Origin: Mobula hypostoma
Taxonomy: Eukaryota
NCBI RefSeq assembly: GCF_963921235.1
Contig: NC_086099.1
Location: 163,804,001-163,868,000, forward strand
Direction: 5' to 3'
Length of the DNA: 64,000 bases
A program made the translations under genes and the position numbers. This document shows, one piece after another, positions 38,202-50,690 of this stretch; position 1 is the stretch's first letter, and every line of letters begins with the position of its first letter. Below the pieces are notes generated by a model. It was not told where the DNA came from and ran no database searches. It worked only from the letters and a program-made list of their open reading frames with translations.

Positions 38202-39370
38202 TAACATAGAACATAGAACAGTACAGCACAGTACAGGCCCTTCGGCCCACAATGTTGTGCTGACCCTCAAACCCTGCCTCCCATGTAAGCCCCCACCTTA
38301 AATTCCTCCATGTACCTGTCCAGTAGTCTCTTAAACTTCACTAGTGTATCTGCCTCCACCACTGACTCAGGCAGTGCATTCCACGCACCAGCCACGCTCT
38401 AAGTAAAAAAACCTTCCTCTAATATCCCCCTTGAACTTCCCACCCCTTACCTTAAAGCCATGTCCTTTTGTATTGAGCAGTGGTGCCCTGGGGAAGAGGT
38501 GCTGGCTATCCACTCTATCTATTCCTCTTATTATCTTGTACACCTCTATCATGTCTCCTCTCATCCTCCTTCTCTCCAAAGAGTAAAACCCTAGCTCCCT
38601 TAATCTCTGATCATAATGCATACTCTCTAAACCAGGCAGCATCCTGGTAAATCTCCTCTGTACCCTTTCCAATGCTTCCACATCCTTCCTATAGTGAGGT
38701 GACCAGAAATGGACACAGTACCCCAAGTGTGGCCTAACCAGAGTTTTACAGAGCTGCATCATTACATCACGACTCTTAAACTCTGTTCCTCGACTTATGA
38801 AAGCTAACACCCCATAAGCTTTCTTAACTACCCTATCCACCTGTGAGGCAACTTTCAGGGATCTGTGGACATGTACCCCCAGATCCCTCTGCTCCTCCAC
38901 ACTACCAAGTATCCTGCCATTTACTTTGTACTCTGCCTTGGAGTTTATCCTTCCAAAGTGTACTACCTCACACTTCTCTGGGTTGAACTCCATCTGCCAC
39001 TTCTCAGCCCACTTCTGCATCCTATCAATCTTTGACAATCCTCTACACTATCTACAACACCACCAACCTTTGTGTCATCTGCATTCTTGCCAACCCACCC
39101 TTCTACCCCCGCATCCAGGTCGTTTATTAAACATCACGAAAAGTAGAGGTCCCAGAACAGATCCTTGTGGGACACCACTAGTCACAATCCTCCAATCTGA
39201 ATGTACTCCCTCCACCACGACCCTCTGCCTTCTGCAGGCAAGCCAATTCTGAATTCACCAAGCCAAACTTCCCTGGATCCCATGCCTTCTGACTTTCTGA
39301 ATAAGCCTACTGTGTGGAACCTTGTCAAATGCCTTACTAAAATCCATGTAGATTACATCCACTGCACTAC
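38202..39370 (-). mobile_element. CR1 3' part
   Basis: ORF 38367-39038 WQMEFNPEKCEVVHFG...RGDMIEVYKI; (AACATAG)n tail. Confidence 0.95.
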
Positions 39371-40149
39371 CCAACATAGTGTGAAGAAGGGTGTTCACTG
39401 AAATTCAACAAATGTGCTAGATTTTCATGCAAATGAAAGCAGTAATATGCAGTAAGGTGAATGGTATGCATTGTGTTAATGAGCACAATAGCTAGCAATA
39501 ATTGTAATTCATACAATATCTCTCTTTTTCTTGTAAGAAAGAGAGTTGTTGTGTGATTTATAATTATTCCACAAGCCGATGATTTACTTTGCTTAATCAT
39601 TGGCTTCACAAAATGGCATCTTATTCTGCAACTCACTGGCCTAGAAATGTCTATACTTGGCATTCCTCTGTTTTCATTTTAACAACAGGTGATCAGGGAT
39701 AGAAACAGAACTCAGCTATAAACTAACATAAGATCATGAAGTCATTGAGCTGAAGGAACAGGCTCTTTGACCCACCGCAGCCATACTGACCTATTTGGCC
39801 ATCTACATTGATCCTACTTCTCTGCACTAGATCAATATCTCACTGTACCTGGCCTATTTGTACCAGTATAAACGTCTCTTAGACATACTGCTTTTTGATT
39901 CCAACACTTTCTCTGGCAAAATGTTTGAAAAATGCTAGTTTAAAAAGAACCTTCCTTTACTCCTTCTTCTCACCTGAAACGAATGCCCTTTTCTTTTGAC
40001 ATCCCTGCTCTGGGAAAAAGATCCTGACTATCTACCCTATCTATATCTCTCATAATTTTATTTAACTCGATTAAGTGATCCCGCAGTCTCCTTCATGTTT
40101 GGGAAAATCAAACTCAGTCAATCTCTCCCCTTCTCCCTCCCTTTCCCTC

Positions 40150-41327
40150 TCCCTCTCTCTCTCCCCCTCCCCACAGGGGTCTGTGTTGGGACCAGTTCTT
40201 TTTATGTTGTATGTCAATGATTTGGATGATGAAATTGATGGCTTTGTTGCAGAGTTTTCAGATGATATGAAGATAGATGGAGGGGCAGGTTTTTTTTGAG
40301 AAAATAGAGAAGCCACAGAAAGACAAACAGTTTAGGAGCTGGGCAAAGAAGTGGCAGATGGAATACAATGTCAGGAAGAGTATGGCCATAGACTTTGGTA
40401 GAAGAAATGTAAGGGTTGACCATTTTCTAAATGGAGAGAAAATACAAAAATCTAAGGCGCAAAGAGATTTGGGAGTCCTTGTGCAGGATTCCCTAAAGGT
40501 TAATTTGCAGGCTGTGTCTATGGTAGAGAAGGCAAATGCAATGTTAGCACTTATTTCAAGAGGACTAGAATATAATAGCATCTTAGAAAGGATGTGCTGA
40601 AACTGGAGAGGGTTCAAAGGAGGTTCATAAAAATGATTCTAGGATTAAACGGCTTGTTATATGAAGAGCATTTGATGGCTCTGGGCCTGTATTCACTGGA
40701 ATTTAGAAGAATGAGAGGTGACTTAATTGAAACTATCGAATGGTGAAAGACCTTTAGAGAGTAGATATAGAGAGGACGTTTCCTGTGCTGGGAGTGTCTA
40801 AGACCAGAGGGCACAGCTTCAGAATAAAGAGGTGTCCTTTTAGAATGGAGATGAGGAACAATTTCTTTAGACGGAGAGAAGTGAACCTGTGGAATTCTTG
40901 GCCATAAGCAGCTGTGGAGGCCAAGTCTTTATGTATATTTAAAACAGAGTTTGATAGATTTTTTGATTGCTCAAGCCATGAAAGGATACAGGGAGAAAAA
41001 TGTCTATGAAGGTTTTCAGTCATCCAGGTCATTGTATATCAATCAGTAGTAAATCAAGGCAACTGGACTTGATGTGTTGGCTAGAGGACCTTTTGCCACA
41101 CATCTGAGAGCCTTCATCTACCCACTATGGATTACAACTGAAGAAGCCTCTCGGATGAGTGACAGAACATCTAGACAACACAGCAAGTCTGGTTGCCTTG
41201 ATTTACTACTGCCTGAGGTACAAGGGGAAGGCAGGAGATTGGGGCTGAGAGGAAAAATGGATCAGCTACTATGAAACGGTGGAGCAGACTTGATGAGCCA
41301 AATGACCTAATTCTGCTCTTAATGTCT
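40150..41327 (+). mobile_element. CR1 3' part nested in an older minus-strand CR1 (39730-40120 and 41328-41460)
   Basis: [19 protein letters not shown]; the flanking CR1 halves are colinear. Confidence 0.88.
41000..41216. mobile_element. Inverted mini-PLE (family C) inserted in a CR1 3' region
   Basis: Inverted repeat 41044-41119 / 41138-41211, CTGAAGAAGCCTCTCGGATGAG core, imperfect duplication GGATACAGGGAGAA / GGTACAAGGGGAA. Confidence 0.7.
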
Positions 41328-42431
41328 TATAACTGAAGTCCTCTATTCCAGGCGACACTTCAGCAAATCTCCTCTGCACTATTTCCACCAGAGTGACATT
41401 GTTCCAATTGTGTGGTAACCAGAACTATACATAATATTCCAAGATAGGTTTAGCATATCTTATTTAATTTTCAATTCTGTTTCCAGAAATAAATACAATT
41501 GCTTGATTGGCTTTCATAATGGACTTGTTATTGATTTTGGGTTTTTTTTGCTCTAATGTCTTGTTTTGCACAGGTTTTTTCTTCACTGCCTTGTATAATT
41601 TACGTATAACTTGTGTTCTGTTTGTTGTCTGAACCTACATGCTTTCACGATGCCTTTGCAAGCAGATTTTTTATTGTACCTAAAGTATACTTTACCATAC
41701 TTGGAATATGACAATAAACTTGACTTGGTTTGTAATCCCCATTAAACTCACTCCAAAAAGTTATACATAACATAAGCACCACTTTAATGACTTGATTCTC
41801 AGTTACAACCAATCAATCACTTGCCCAGAAAATAAACAATTTTAAGTATGAAATCTCCTCTCACTAGTGAATAGATTGAAGAACTAAATTTGTTTTCTCT
41901 TAATTAATTCTTTCTTGCTCTTTATCTCTTTTCCTTATTCATCTTCCTCCTCTGTCCCTCCTCTATTATTTCTCCTTCTTACATCTCAGGGTTAAAGAGA
42001 AGAAAACTTCTGTTTACTAAGGTCACTGATATCAGTTGGCAATTCCTGCGGGGTCATGTAGGATTTCATAAAACCTAAATGTGCAGATGCAACAGGCTTC
42101 TGCAGGTCTGACACAGTGTACAAATGCCCAATTCCAATATGATTTGCCAAGTGGTAATCTCAGGCTCCAATAGAAATGAAGAATATTGATCCCTGTCACT
42201 TGAGGTTGCTAAATTACCTTTCCCCTCTCATTAAGATGCCTTTTTTCTGTACAGCAACAGAAATTAAACATTGCGTCATGAAGGAGCAAATCTGGGCACA
42301 TTGGATTGGGATCTGAACATGGGTTTTGCCACAGAGACATTAAATAACTTTAAGTTGTTTCCAGCAGCTTTAGAGCAAAGTACCTATAACATTAAAGGTT
42401 TTCTGGAGGCAAAATTGTTCATGGATTTTCG

Positions 42432-42840
42432 TAAACACAAGAAATTCTGCAAGTGCTGGAAATCCAAAGCAACGCACAGTAAATGCTGGAGGTCCTCAGC
42501 AAGCCAGGCAGCATCAATGGAAATGAACAAAGAGTCTACTTTTCAGGCCAAGACCCTTCTTCAGGACTGGACAGGAAAGGGGACGATGCCAGGGGGATTA
42601 TAAAGGTGGGAGGAGGGGAAGGGGGGTGCTAGAAGATGAGAGGTGAAGCCAGGTGGGTAGGAAAGGTAAAGGGCTGGCGAGGAAGGAATCTGATAGGAGA
42701 GGAGAGTGGACCATAGGAGAAAGAAAGGGAGGAGGGGACTGGTGGGGTGAGTGATGTGATAGGCAGGTGAGAAGAGGTAAGTTGCCAGAGTGAGGAATAT
42801 AAGAAGAAGGGAATCTCTAGCATTTTGTGTGTCTCTTTGA
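42432..42840 (-). mobile_element. PLE family B 3' end with short inverted arm
   Basis: Reverse complement of 10440-10760, plus the plus-strand stub AGCATTTTGTGTGTCTCTTTGA. Confidence 0.8.
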
Positions 42841-43454
42841 TTTTCAGGTTGGTTGATAAATTTAATTTGTGGTTAGATTTCATTCAAGTTATAATCATGC
42901 CAGCAGTTTAGGGTTCTTACTGAAAGTTCATACCAAGAAAGTATTCATAGTTAATGGATCATCTTTCTCATTATTCATGGGAAGAGATTTGACAAACATA
43001 TGAAAAGTCAGAAAGACATGATTCACAAGGATATCTTACTTACTGTTATTTTATGTTTTATTGTACTTTTACTGAGTTTATCATATTTGATAGAAGCAGC
43101 AACTTGACCTTTTTCCATTCCTCTTTCATTGTTTGTCCTGCAATGCAAATTTCAAGTTAATTTATGTAAATTAATTATTTAAAATATTAAAGCATGATGC
43201 AGATTTTTGTGAAGTTGTGTGACAATAAATACAAATACCCCTCATCCAACTCTGGAACTCCAAAGGCATAACTATCTGTACATCACCCTGACCTTTCCCA
43301 TTGCCATGCAGAAGTCACAGCTGATAGGATATTTAAATACATAGATATGGTTTTCCGCTGTAATGTTGTGTCTTTAACCTCGGACAGTATATTGGGTAAG
43401 TTATGCTGTGATCATCCAACTTCTTGGATTAAATCCTTCCTTTGTGACCTGAAT

Positions 43455-44272
43455 AATAACCATATAACCATATAACAATTACAGCACGGAAACAGGCCAT
43501 CTCGGCCCTTCTAGTCCATGCCGAACTCTTACCCTATCCTATTCCCACCGACCTGTACTCAGCCCATAACCCTCCATTCCTTTCCTGTCCATATATCTAT
43601 CGAATTTAACTTTAAATGACAACATAGAACCTGCCTCAACCACTTCTGCTGGAAGCTCGTTCCACACAGCTACCACTCTCTGAGTAAAGAAGTTCCCCCT
43701 CATGTTACCCCTAAACTTTTGTCCTCTAATTCTCAACCTAGGCCCTCTTGTTTGAATCTTCCCCACTCTCAATGGAAAAAGTCTAACCACGTCAACTCTA
43801 TCAATCCCCCTCATAATTTTAAACACCTCTATCGTCTCCCCTCAGCCTTCTACGCTCCAAAGAATAAAGACCTAACTTGTTCATCCTTTCTCTGTAACTT
43901 AGGAGATGAAACCCAGGCAACATTTTAGTAAACCTCCTCTGTACTCTCTCAATTTTTTTGACATCTTTCCTATAATTCGGTGACCAGAACTGTACACAAT
44001 ACTCCAGATTTGGCCTTACCAAATCCTTATACAAATTCAACATTACATCCCAACTCCTATACTCAATGCTCTGATTAATAAAGGCCAGCAAACCAAAAGC
44101 TTTCTTCACCACCCTATCCACATGAGATTCCATCTTCAGGGAACTATGCACGATTATTCCTAGATCCCTCTGTTCTAAAGCATTATTTAATATCCTACCA
44201 TTTACCATGTATATCCTATTTTGATTAGTTCTACCAAAATGTAGCACCTCACATTTTTCAGCATTAAAATGT
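43455..44272 (-). mobile_element. CR1 3' part
   Basis: ORFs 43819-44277 and 43539-43826; (TAACCATA)n tail. Confidence 0.95.
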
Positions 44273-45688
44273 GTCATAAAATAATGTCATTTCAATTCTT
44301 TAACTACACCCTAAAATTATTTTTATCTCTCTATTTCTATGTTGATTGATAAGTATATGCAGAGCACGAATGAAATTTTATTTTACCTGCCTTCCACATT
44401 CTCTCCTGATGAAATAGCTAGCAATAACTTATTCCACAAGAAATATTGCTGTAGTACAAATTCACGCCTTGATTTAGATTTCAAGTTTTTCTACTGCATA
44501 CACCTTAGTCAATTCAATTGATGAGGAAAATTTGCAGTTTTATTAGGAAATGTTTGTGTGAAAAATGTGCACAAAAATGTTAGATCATAATAAAAACAAA
44601 AAAATGCACAAAATATTCAATAGGTCAGCATTTGTGGTGAAAAGGAACCAGAGTTAATATTTCAGGTCAATGACTTTTGATCAGAACTTTTCATCAAATT
44701 TCCAGCAACTGCAGTTCATCCTCAAATCTCAGATTATAACTTGATTTAAGTTTTTTCCATGTAAGTAGGTTTCAAACTTTTGTGAACTCTGCAAGGTTAT
44801 AACTAACAGCATTAAACAGATCTTGATCTTGATTAACAATTACTTTGTTTAAGGGGCATTAGACTGACACTTAAAATGTGCAAACTAGAGAAGATGTGAT
44901 CCTAATGCGGGAAAATGGGATTAGTGTAGTTTGACATAAAAGTCCGCTTGGAGGTAGTGTGCTGAAGGGCCCGTTTCTATGTTGCACAACTCAGACTATC
45001 AGAAATGTTGTAAATTCAACATCTCAGCCGTTATCTGTGGAAAGAGTAATAGGGTTAATGTTTCAGGTTAAAGAGCTATTGTCTGTTTAATAGTTTGATA
45101 TTTAAATTAATTTGAATAATTCATTATAATCTCTAATTTAAAAATCCCAGTTTTCCTTTTTACCAATAATATTAGAGATATTTTAAATTCAGATTAATTC
45201 TGCTAAAAGAGCAAAACAGTTACATGTATTTTCTTAATTCACTACATTATTTAAAGAAAGCAGGAGCTTCCAATTACATATTGCTTTATCCTTCCCAGAA
45301 ACTCTCAAAGAAAGAATAATTTATCATGAATCATTTTTGAAGTGTGATGCCTATTGTATTTCTTTTGGTATAAGATGTTAGTTTCACACTGTAGTAAATT
45401 CAAATGTCCATATTTTACTATGTAACGGACTTTGAACTCTGAGAAAATTCATTGAGTTTTAGAAAAGTAAAAATAATAACTGGAATTATTGTATCCTAAG
45501 AATAGATTGACAGTCCTGAAATGATAAAGCTATTTAAAATTTGACACTGTTCATTTGCAAATCTCCACGACTAATTACATTGTATGCTGCTTTTTAGTTG
45601 ATGTGAGCCATTCTATGCGGTACTGCTGTGAGGATTAGGATAACAGAGTTGAGGCAGTGAAATGGACTGCACCGAAGCTGAGTTCATA

Positions 45689-46116
45689 GAGTACTATACA
45701 AAAGTCTAATATATATATATATATAAAACTATGATGCCCAAGACCTTAGCACAGTACTATATTTGTCCACATGCACTGAGGAGAGAGTTTGTAAATACAG
45801 CAGGAGCAAAGGATGTTGGGAATGTTGAGGGTGGAACGCCGCAGCAGAGGTGTGGGACAGGTGGCAGAGAAGGAGCGTCAGAGCCGGTGGGTGGCATGAG
45901 TGCAGACACACCCAGCCCTGAGACACCAGGCATTTGATTCCAAACAATTGGTTTATTGATCATTACAGACTGCCTCTCCAGTGCTTGCTACTCCCTCCCC
46001 TTTCCCAATCATGATTCCCCTCTCCCTGCCTACTTCCCATTCTTAGTCCCCATATCGGAAACAGGTCTATCGTCACTCACACATGAATATGTGTCTAAGG
46101 CTTTTGCAGAGTGCTG
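45689..46116. mobile_element. Composite Tc1-like non-autonomous element, inner right terminal inverted repeat (TIR) deleted
   Basis: Left mini-MITE 45689-45759, shared body, outer right TIR GTCTAAGGCTTTTGCAGAGTGCTG, and TA on both sides. Confidence 0.8.
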
Positions 46117-47029
46117 TATTTCCTCACAACATAGAAGGAAGCTATTTGACCTGCGCTGTATTCATCATTCTCATTTCCCCCACGCACTTTCCTCTAACCC
46201 ATTCTCTCACACATGTCCATTAACAAACCCCCGTTTCATGCACCAAACAACTACACTAGGAGTGATTTACTGTAGCTAACTAACTGAACAACTAGCACAT
46301 ACCTGGGAGGAAACTGAAGCACCCGTTCCTCAGAGTTAGCGAACGTAGAGTGGGTGTCCAAGGTGACGTGCACAAATTTAGTTTCCATGTAGCATGCACC
46401 TCGATTCTTTAAACCCTCTCATAATTAACAGATACATAATGATCAATTTTACTGCCAAATAACCAAATACTTTTATCCATTCTTTTCTTTTAAAAAAAAT
46501 CAATTATTAGTTACTAATTCATGAATCAATTGATAATCTCAGCTCAGAATTTCAATGGGTCACAAAAGTATTTGTTTGAAGATTATCGCCAATTCGAGCA
46601 CTCACTTCTGAAGAAGTTTTGTTACCCCTGCCCATGGTAGTCTATATCATCATAAGCAGAAAGGGCAAGTTCTACCTAGACAATGCCAAAAGTTAGAAAC
46701 AGAATCTGTGTTGCTGGAGCTATCAGACAGTTGTCTACATGCTGTGCTCCTGTGTAACCCACTGGGAATAGAGTTTTATAGAAAGGATAATTAGGGCCAT
46801 AAATAAGATGTTAAATTCATAAACTGGCTAGTACAGAAGGGAACCATAAGACAAGTCAGAAAAATAATAGCAAAAGAATCAGGGCACATTAAAGAAAGAA
46901 AATAGATAATGATTAGAAACTGTGATGTAGTGTGGTAGTAGTATGAATAAAATTGAATATTAAAGAATGAATAAATTAATTAAGAATTTAAGTTGTAAAG
47001 CATATATATATAAAAAACTAGCTGCTCAG

Positions 47030-50000
47030 CTAGGTAGAGATGACTGACAGGATAGTGCAATGCTCCTCTAGCGGGATATAGGAAGGCAGCGAGACCTCTA
47101 GTGTCCCTCATGACTACAACTGCAAGAAGTGCATCCAGCGGCAACTTCTAAACAACCTCATTAACAAGTTGGAGCTGAAAAATGGATAAACTCCAAATCA
47201 TTCAGGAGGCTGAGGGGGTGATAGATAGGACATATAGAGAAATAGTTACACCCAAGGTAGGCAACCATGGCTGACAAGAGAAGTTTAAAAGCCAAGGAAA
47301 GGGCATATAAGATAGCAAAAGTAAGTGAGAATTTGGACGATTGGGAAGCTTTTAAAATCCAACAAAAGGCAACTAAAAAAGCTATAAGAAGGGAAGAGAA
47401 GATATATGATGGCAAACTAACCAATAATATAAAGCAGGGCACTGGAAGTTTTTTTCAGTTATATTAAGAGTAAAAGGAAGTTGAGATTGATATTGGACCA
47501 CTGGAAAATGCTACCAGTGAGGTAGTAATGGGGGACAAATAAATGGCAGATGACCTTAATGGGTACTTTGCATCAGTCTTCACAGTGGAAGAAACTAGCA
47601 GTGGGCCAGAGGTCCATGAGTGTCAAGGAGCAGGAGTGAGTGCCGTAACTATTATAAAAGAAAAAGTACTAGACAAACTCAAAGGTCTTAAGATGGATAA
47701 ATCACCTGGACCAGATGGACTACTTCCCAGAGACCTGAGAGAGGTTGCTGAAGAAACAGCGGATGCATTGGTCATGATCTTTCAAGAATCAATTGATTCT
47801 GGCATGGTCCCGGAAGATTGCAAATGTCACTCCACTCTTTAAGAAGGAGAAAGGCAAGAGAAAGGAAATGAGAAGCCAGTTTGCCTAACCTCAGTGGTTG
47901 GGAAAGTCTTGGAGTCTATTATTAAGGATGTGGTTTCAAGGTACTTGGAGACTAATGATAAAATAAGTCAAAGTCAGCATTGTTTCTGTAAAGGGAAATC
48001 TTGCCTAACAAATCTGTTAGTTCTTCGAAGAAGTAACAAGCAGGGTGGACAAAGGAGAGGCAGTGGATGTCATTTTCTTGGATTTCCAGAAGACATTTGA
48101 CAAGGGGCCACACATGAGGCTGCTGAACAAGATAAAATCCCATGGCATTATAGGGAAGGTACTGGCATGGACAGCCAGGAGGCAGCAAGTGGGAATGAAG
48201 GGGGCTTTTTCTGGTTGGCTGCCAGTAATGACTGGTGTTCCTCAGGGTCAGTATTGGGACTGTTACTTTTCACATTATTTGTCAGTGATTTGGATAATGA
48301 AATTGATGGCTTTGTGGCAAAGTTTGCGGATGATACGAAGATTAGTGGAGGGGTAGGTAGTGCTGAGGAAGCCATGTGATTGCAGCAGGGCAAAATAAAT
48401 TGGAAGAATGGGCAAAATATGGCAGATCGAATACAGTGTTGGGAAATGTATGATAATGCATTTTGGTTAAAGGAACAATAGTGTGGACTATTATCTAAAT
48501 GGGGCAAACACGAGGAAACGTCGACTGTACCTCTTCCAATAGATGCTGCCTGGCCTGCTGCGTTCACCAGCAACTTTTTTGTGTGTTGCTTGATCTAAAT
48601 GGGGAGAAGGTTCAAACATCAGAGGTGCAAAGGGACATAGGAGTCCTTATGCAAGACTCCCAGAAGGTTAATTTACACATGGTAAAGAAGGCAAATACAA
48701 TGTTGGCATTTATTTCAAGGGAAATAGAATATAAAAACAAGGAGATAATGCTGAGCCTTTATAAGACACTAGTCAAGCCGCACTTGGAGTATTGTCAACA
48801 GTTTTGGCCCCATATCTCAGAAAGGATGTGTTGTCATTGGAGTGAGTCCTGAGGAGGTTCACGAGGATGATTCCAGGAATGAAGGGGTTAACATACGAGG
48901 AGCATTTGACAGCCTTGGGCCTGTACTCACTGAAATTTAGAAGAACATGGGAGGATCTCATTGAAACCTAACGAATGTTGAAAGGACTCGATAGGGTGGA
49001 TGTGGGGAGGATGTTTCCTATGGTGGGGGTACCCAGAACTATTGTGCACAGCCTCAAAATTGTGGGGCGACCTTTTATAAAAGAGGTAAGGAAGATATTT
49101 TAACCAGAGAATAAGGAGCCTGTGGACTGCTCTGCCACAGACTGTGGTGGAGGCCAAGTCTGTGGGTATATTTAGGTAAGAAGGAAGTTGATAGGTCAGG
49201 GCATCAAACGATATGGTGAGAAGGCAGATGTATAGGGTTGAGTGTGATTAGGATCAGCCATGATGAAATGGCACAACAGACTCGATGGGCTGAATGGCCT
49301 AATTCTGCTCCTATGTCTTATGGTCTGATGGTCTAAAGTGCAGGGCACAGGAAACTGGGTGACAGTCGGGAAAGGAAAAGGAGTTAAGGAGCCAGTGCAG
49401 AGTACCCCTGTGGCCATCCCCCTCAACAGCAGGTATATACCTTGAATACTGTTGGGGTGGTTTGAGGGGAGGACCTTATAGAGGAAAGTCACAGTGCTTG
49501 GGTGTTTGGCACTGAGTCTGCCACTCTGACTCGGATGGGAAGAGGGGACAAGAGGCATGCTATGGTGATAGGGGATTTGTTAGTTAGGGGAGTGGACAGT
49601 GCGTTCTGTGGGCAAAAATGAGATTCCCGGGTGGCATGTTGCCTCCTAGGTGCCAAGGTCCAGATATCTCAGATCGAGTCCTCAGCATTCTCAAGTGGGA
49701 GGGTGAACAACTAGAAGTCACGGTCCATGTAGGTACCAATGACAGAGGTAGGACAAGTGACAAGGTTCTGCTTTGGGAGTTCAGGGAAGTTAAACGGCAG
49801 GACCTCCAAGGTTGTGATCTTACAATTGCTACCCATGTCTCATACTAGTGAAGCCAGAATAGGAAGATTATACCGTCTAACACAAGACTAAGGAGTTGGT
49901 GTAGGAGGGAGGGCGTAAGATATTTGGATCATTGGGCTCTCTTTCAGGGAAGGTGGGACCCATACAGACAGGATGAGTTGCACCAGAGGAGGACTAATAT

Positions 50001-50690
50001 CCTATCAGGAAGGTTTGTTGATACTGCATGGTGGGGTTTAAACTAGAGTTGCAGGGGGATGAGAACCAGAGTGCCAGAACTGTTAGCGGAGAGGTTGTGG
50101 AGGCAGATGTTGGTAAGACCTCAGAGAAAGTTAAGAATCAAAAGGTTGAGCAGGGTGTGAAAAAATCGAGAAGTGTATATACAGGACTAAAGTTGTTGTA
50201 TCTGAATGTGCACAGTATATGGAATAAGTTAGATGAACTTGCAGTACAGTTGCAGATTGGCATGTATGAAGTTTTAAGCATTACTGAATCATGGTTAAAA
50301 GAGGATGATAGCTGGGAGCTTAATGTCCAAGGATACACGTGTATCAAAAGTTAAGGCAGAAGGCGGGGGGTGGGGGGTGCGTCGTTGGTTTGTTGGTAAA
50401 AAATGAAATGTGATCATTAAAAAGAGGTGACATAGGAATGGAAGGTGTTGAATCATTGTGGATAGACCTAAGGAAATGCGAGGGTATAAAGACCCTGATG
50501 GGAGTTGTATACAGACCTCCAAACAGTAGTAAGGATGTGGCCTATAAGTTACAATGGGAAATAGAAAAAGCATGCCAAAAGGGCAATGTTACAATAGTCA
50601 TGGGGGATCTCCAATATGCAGGTATTGGGAAAATCAGGTTGGTGCTGGATTCCAGGAGTGCCTACAAGATGGCTCTTTAGAGTTGCTTGT
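47030..50690 (+). mobile_element. CR1 5' region (ORF1 Zn-finger/esterase plus ORF2 endonuclease) with a 2-kb CR1 3' half embedded at ~47260-49335
   Basis: ORF1 VHVGTND motif; endonuclease LYLNVHSIWNK...ITESWL and GVVYRPPN; embedded RT KSPGPDG, KSCLTNL, KFADDTK and a 3' tail. Confidence 0.88.
48505..48592. mobile_element. 88-bp PLE family B insertion with a 12-bp TSD
   Basis: ATCTAAATGGGG at 48493-48504 and 48593-48604. Confidence 0.9.
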
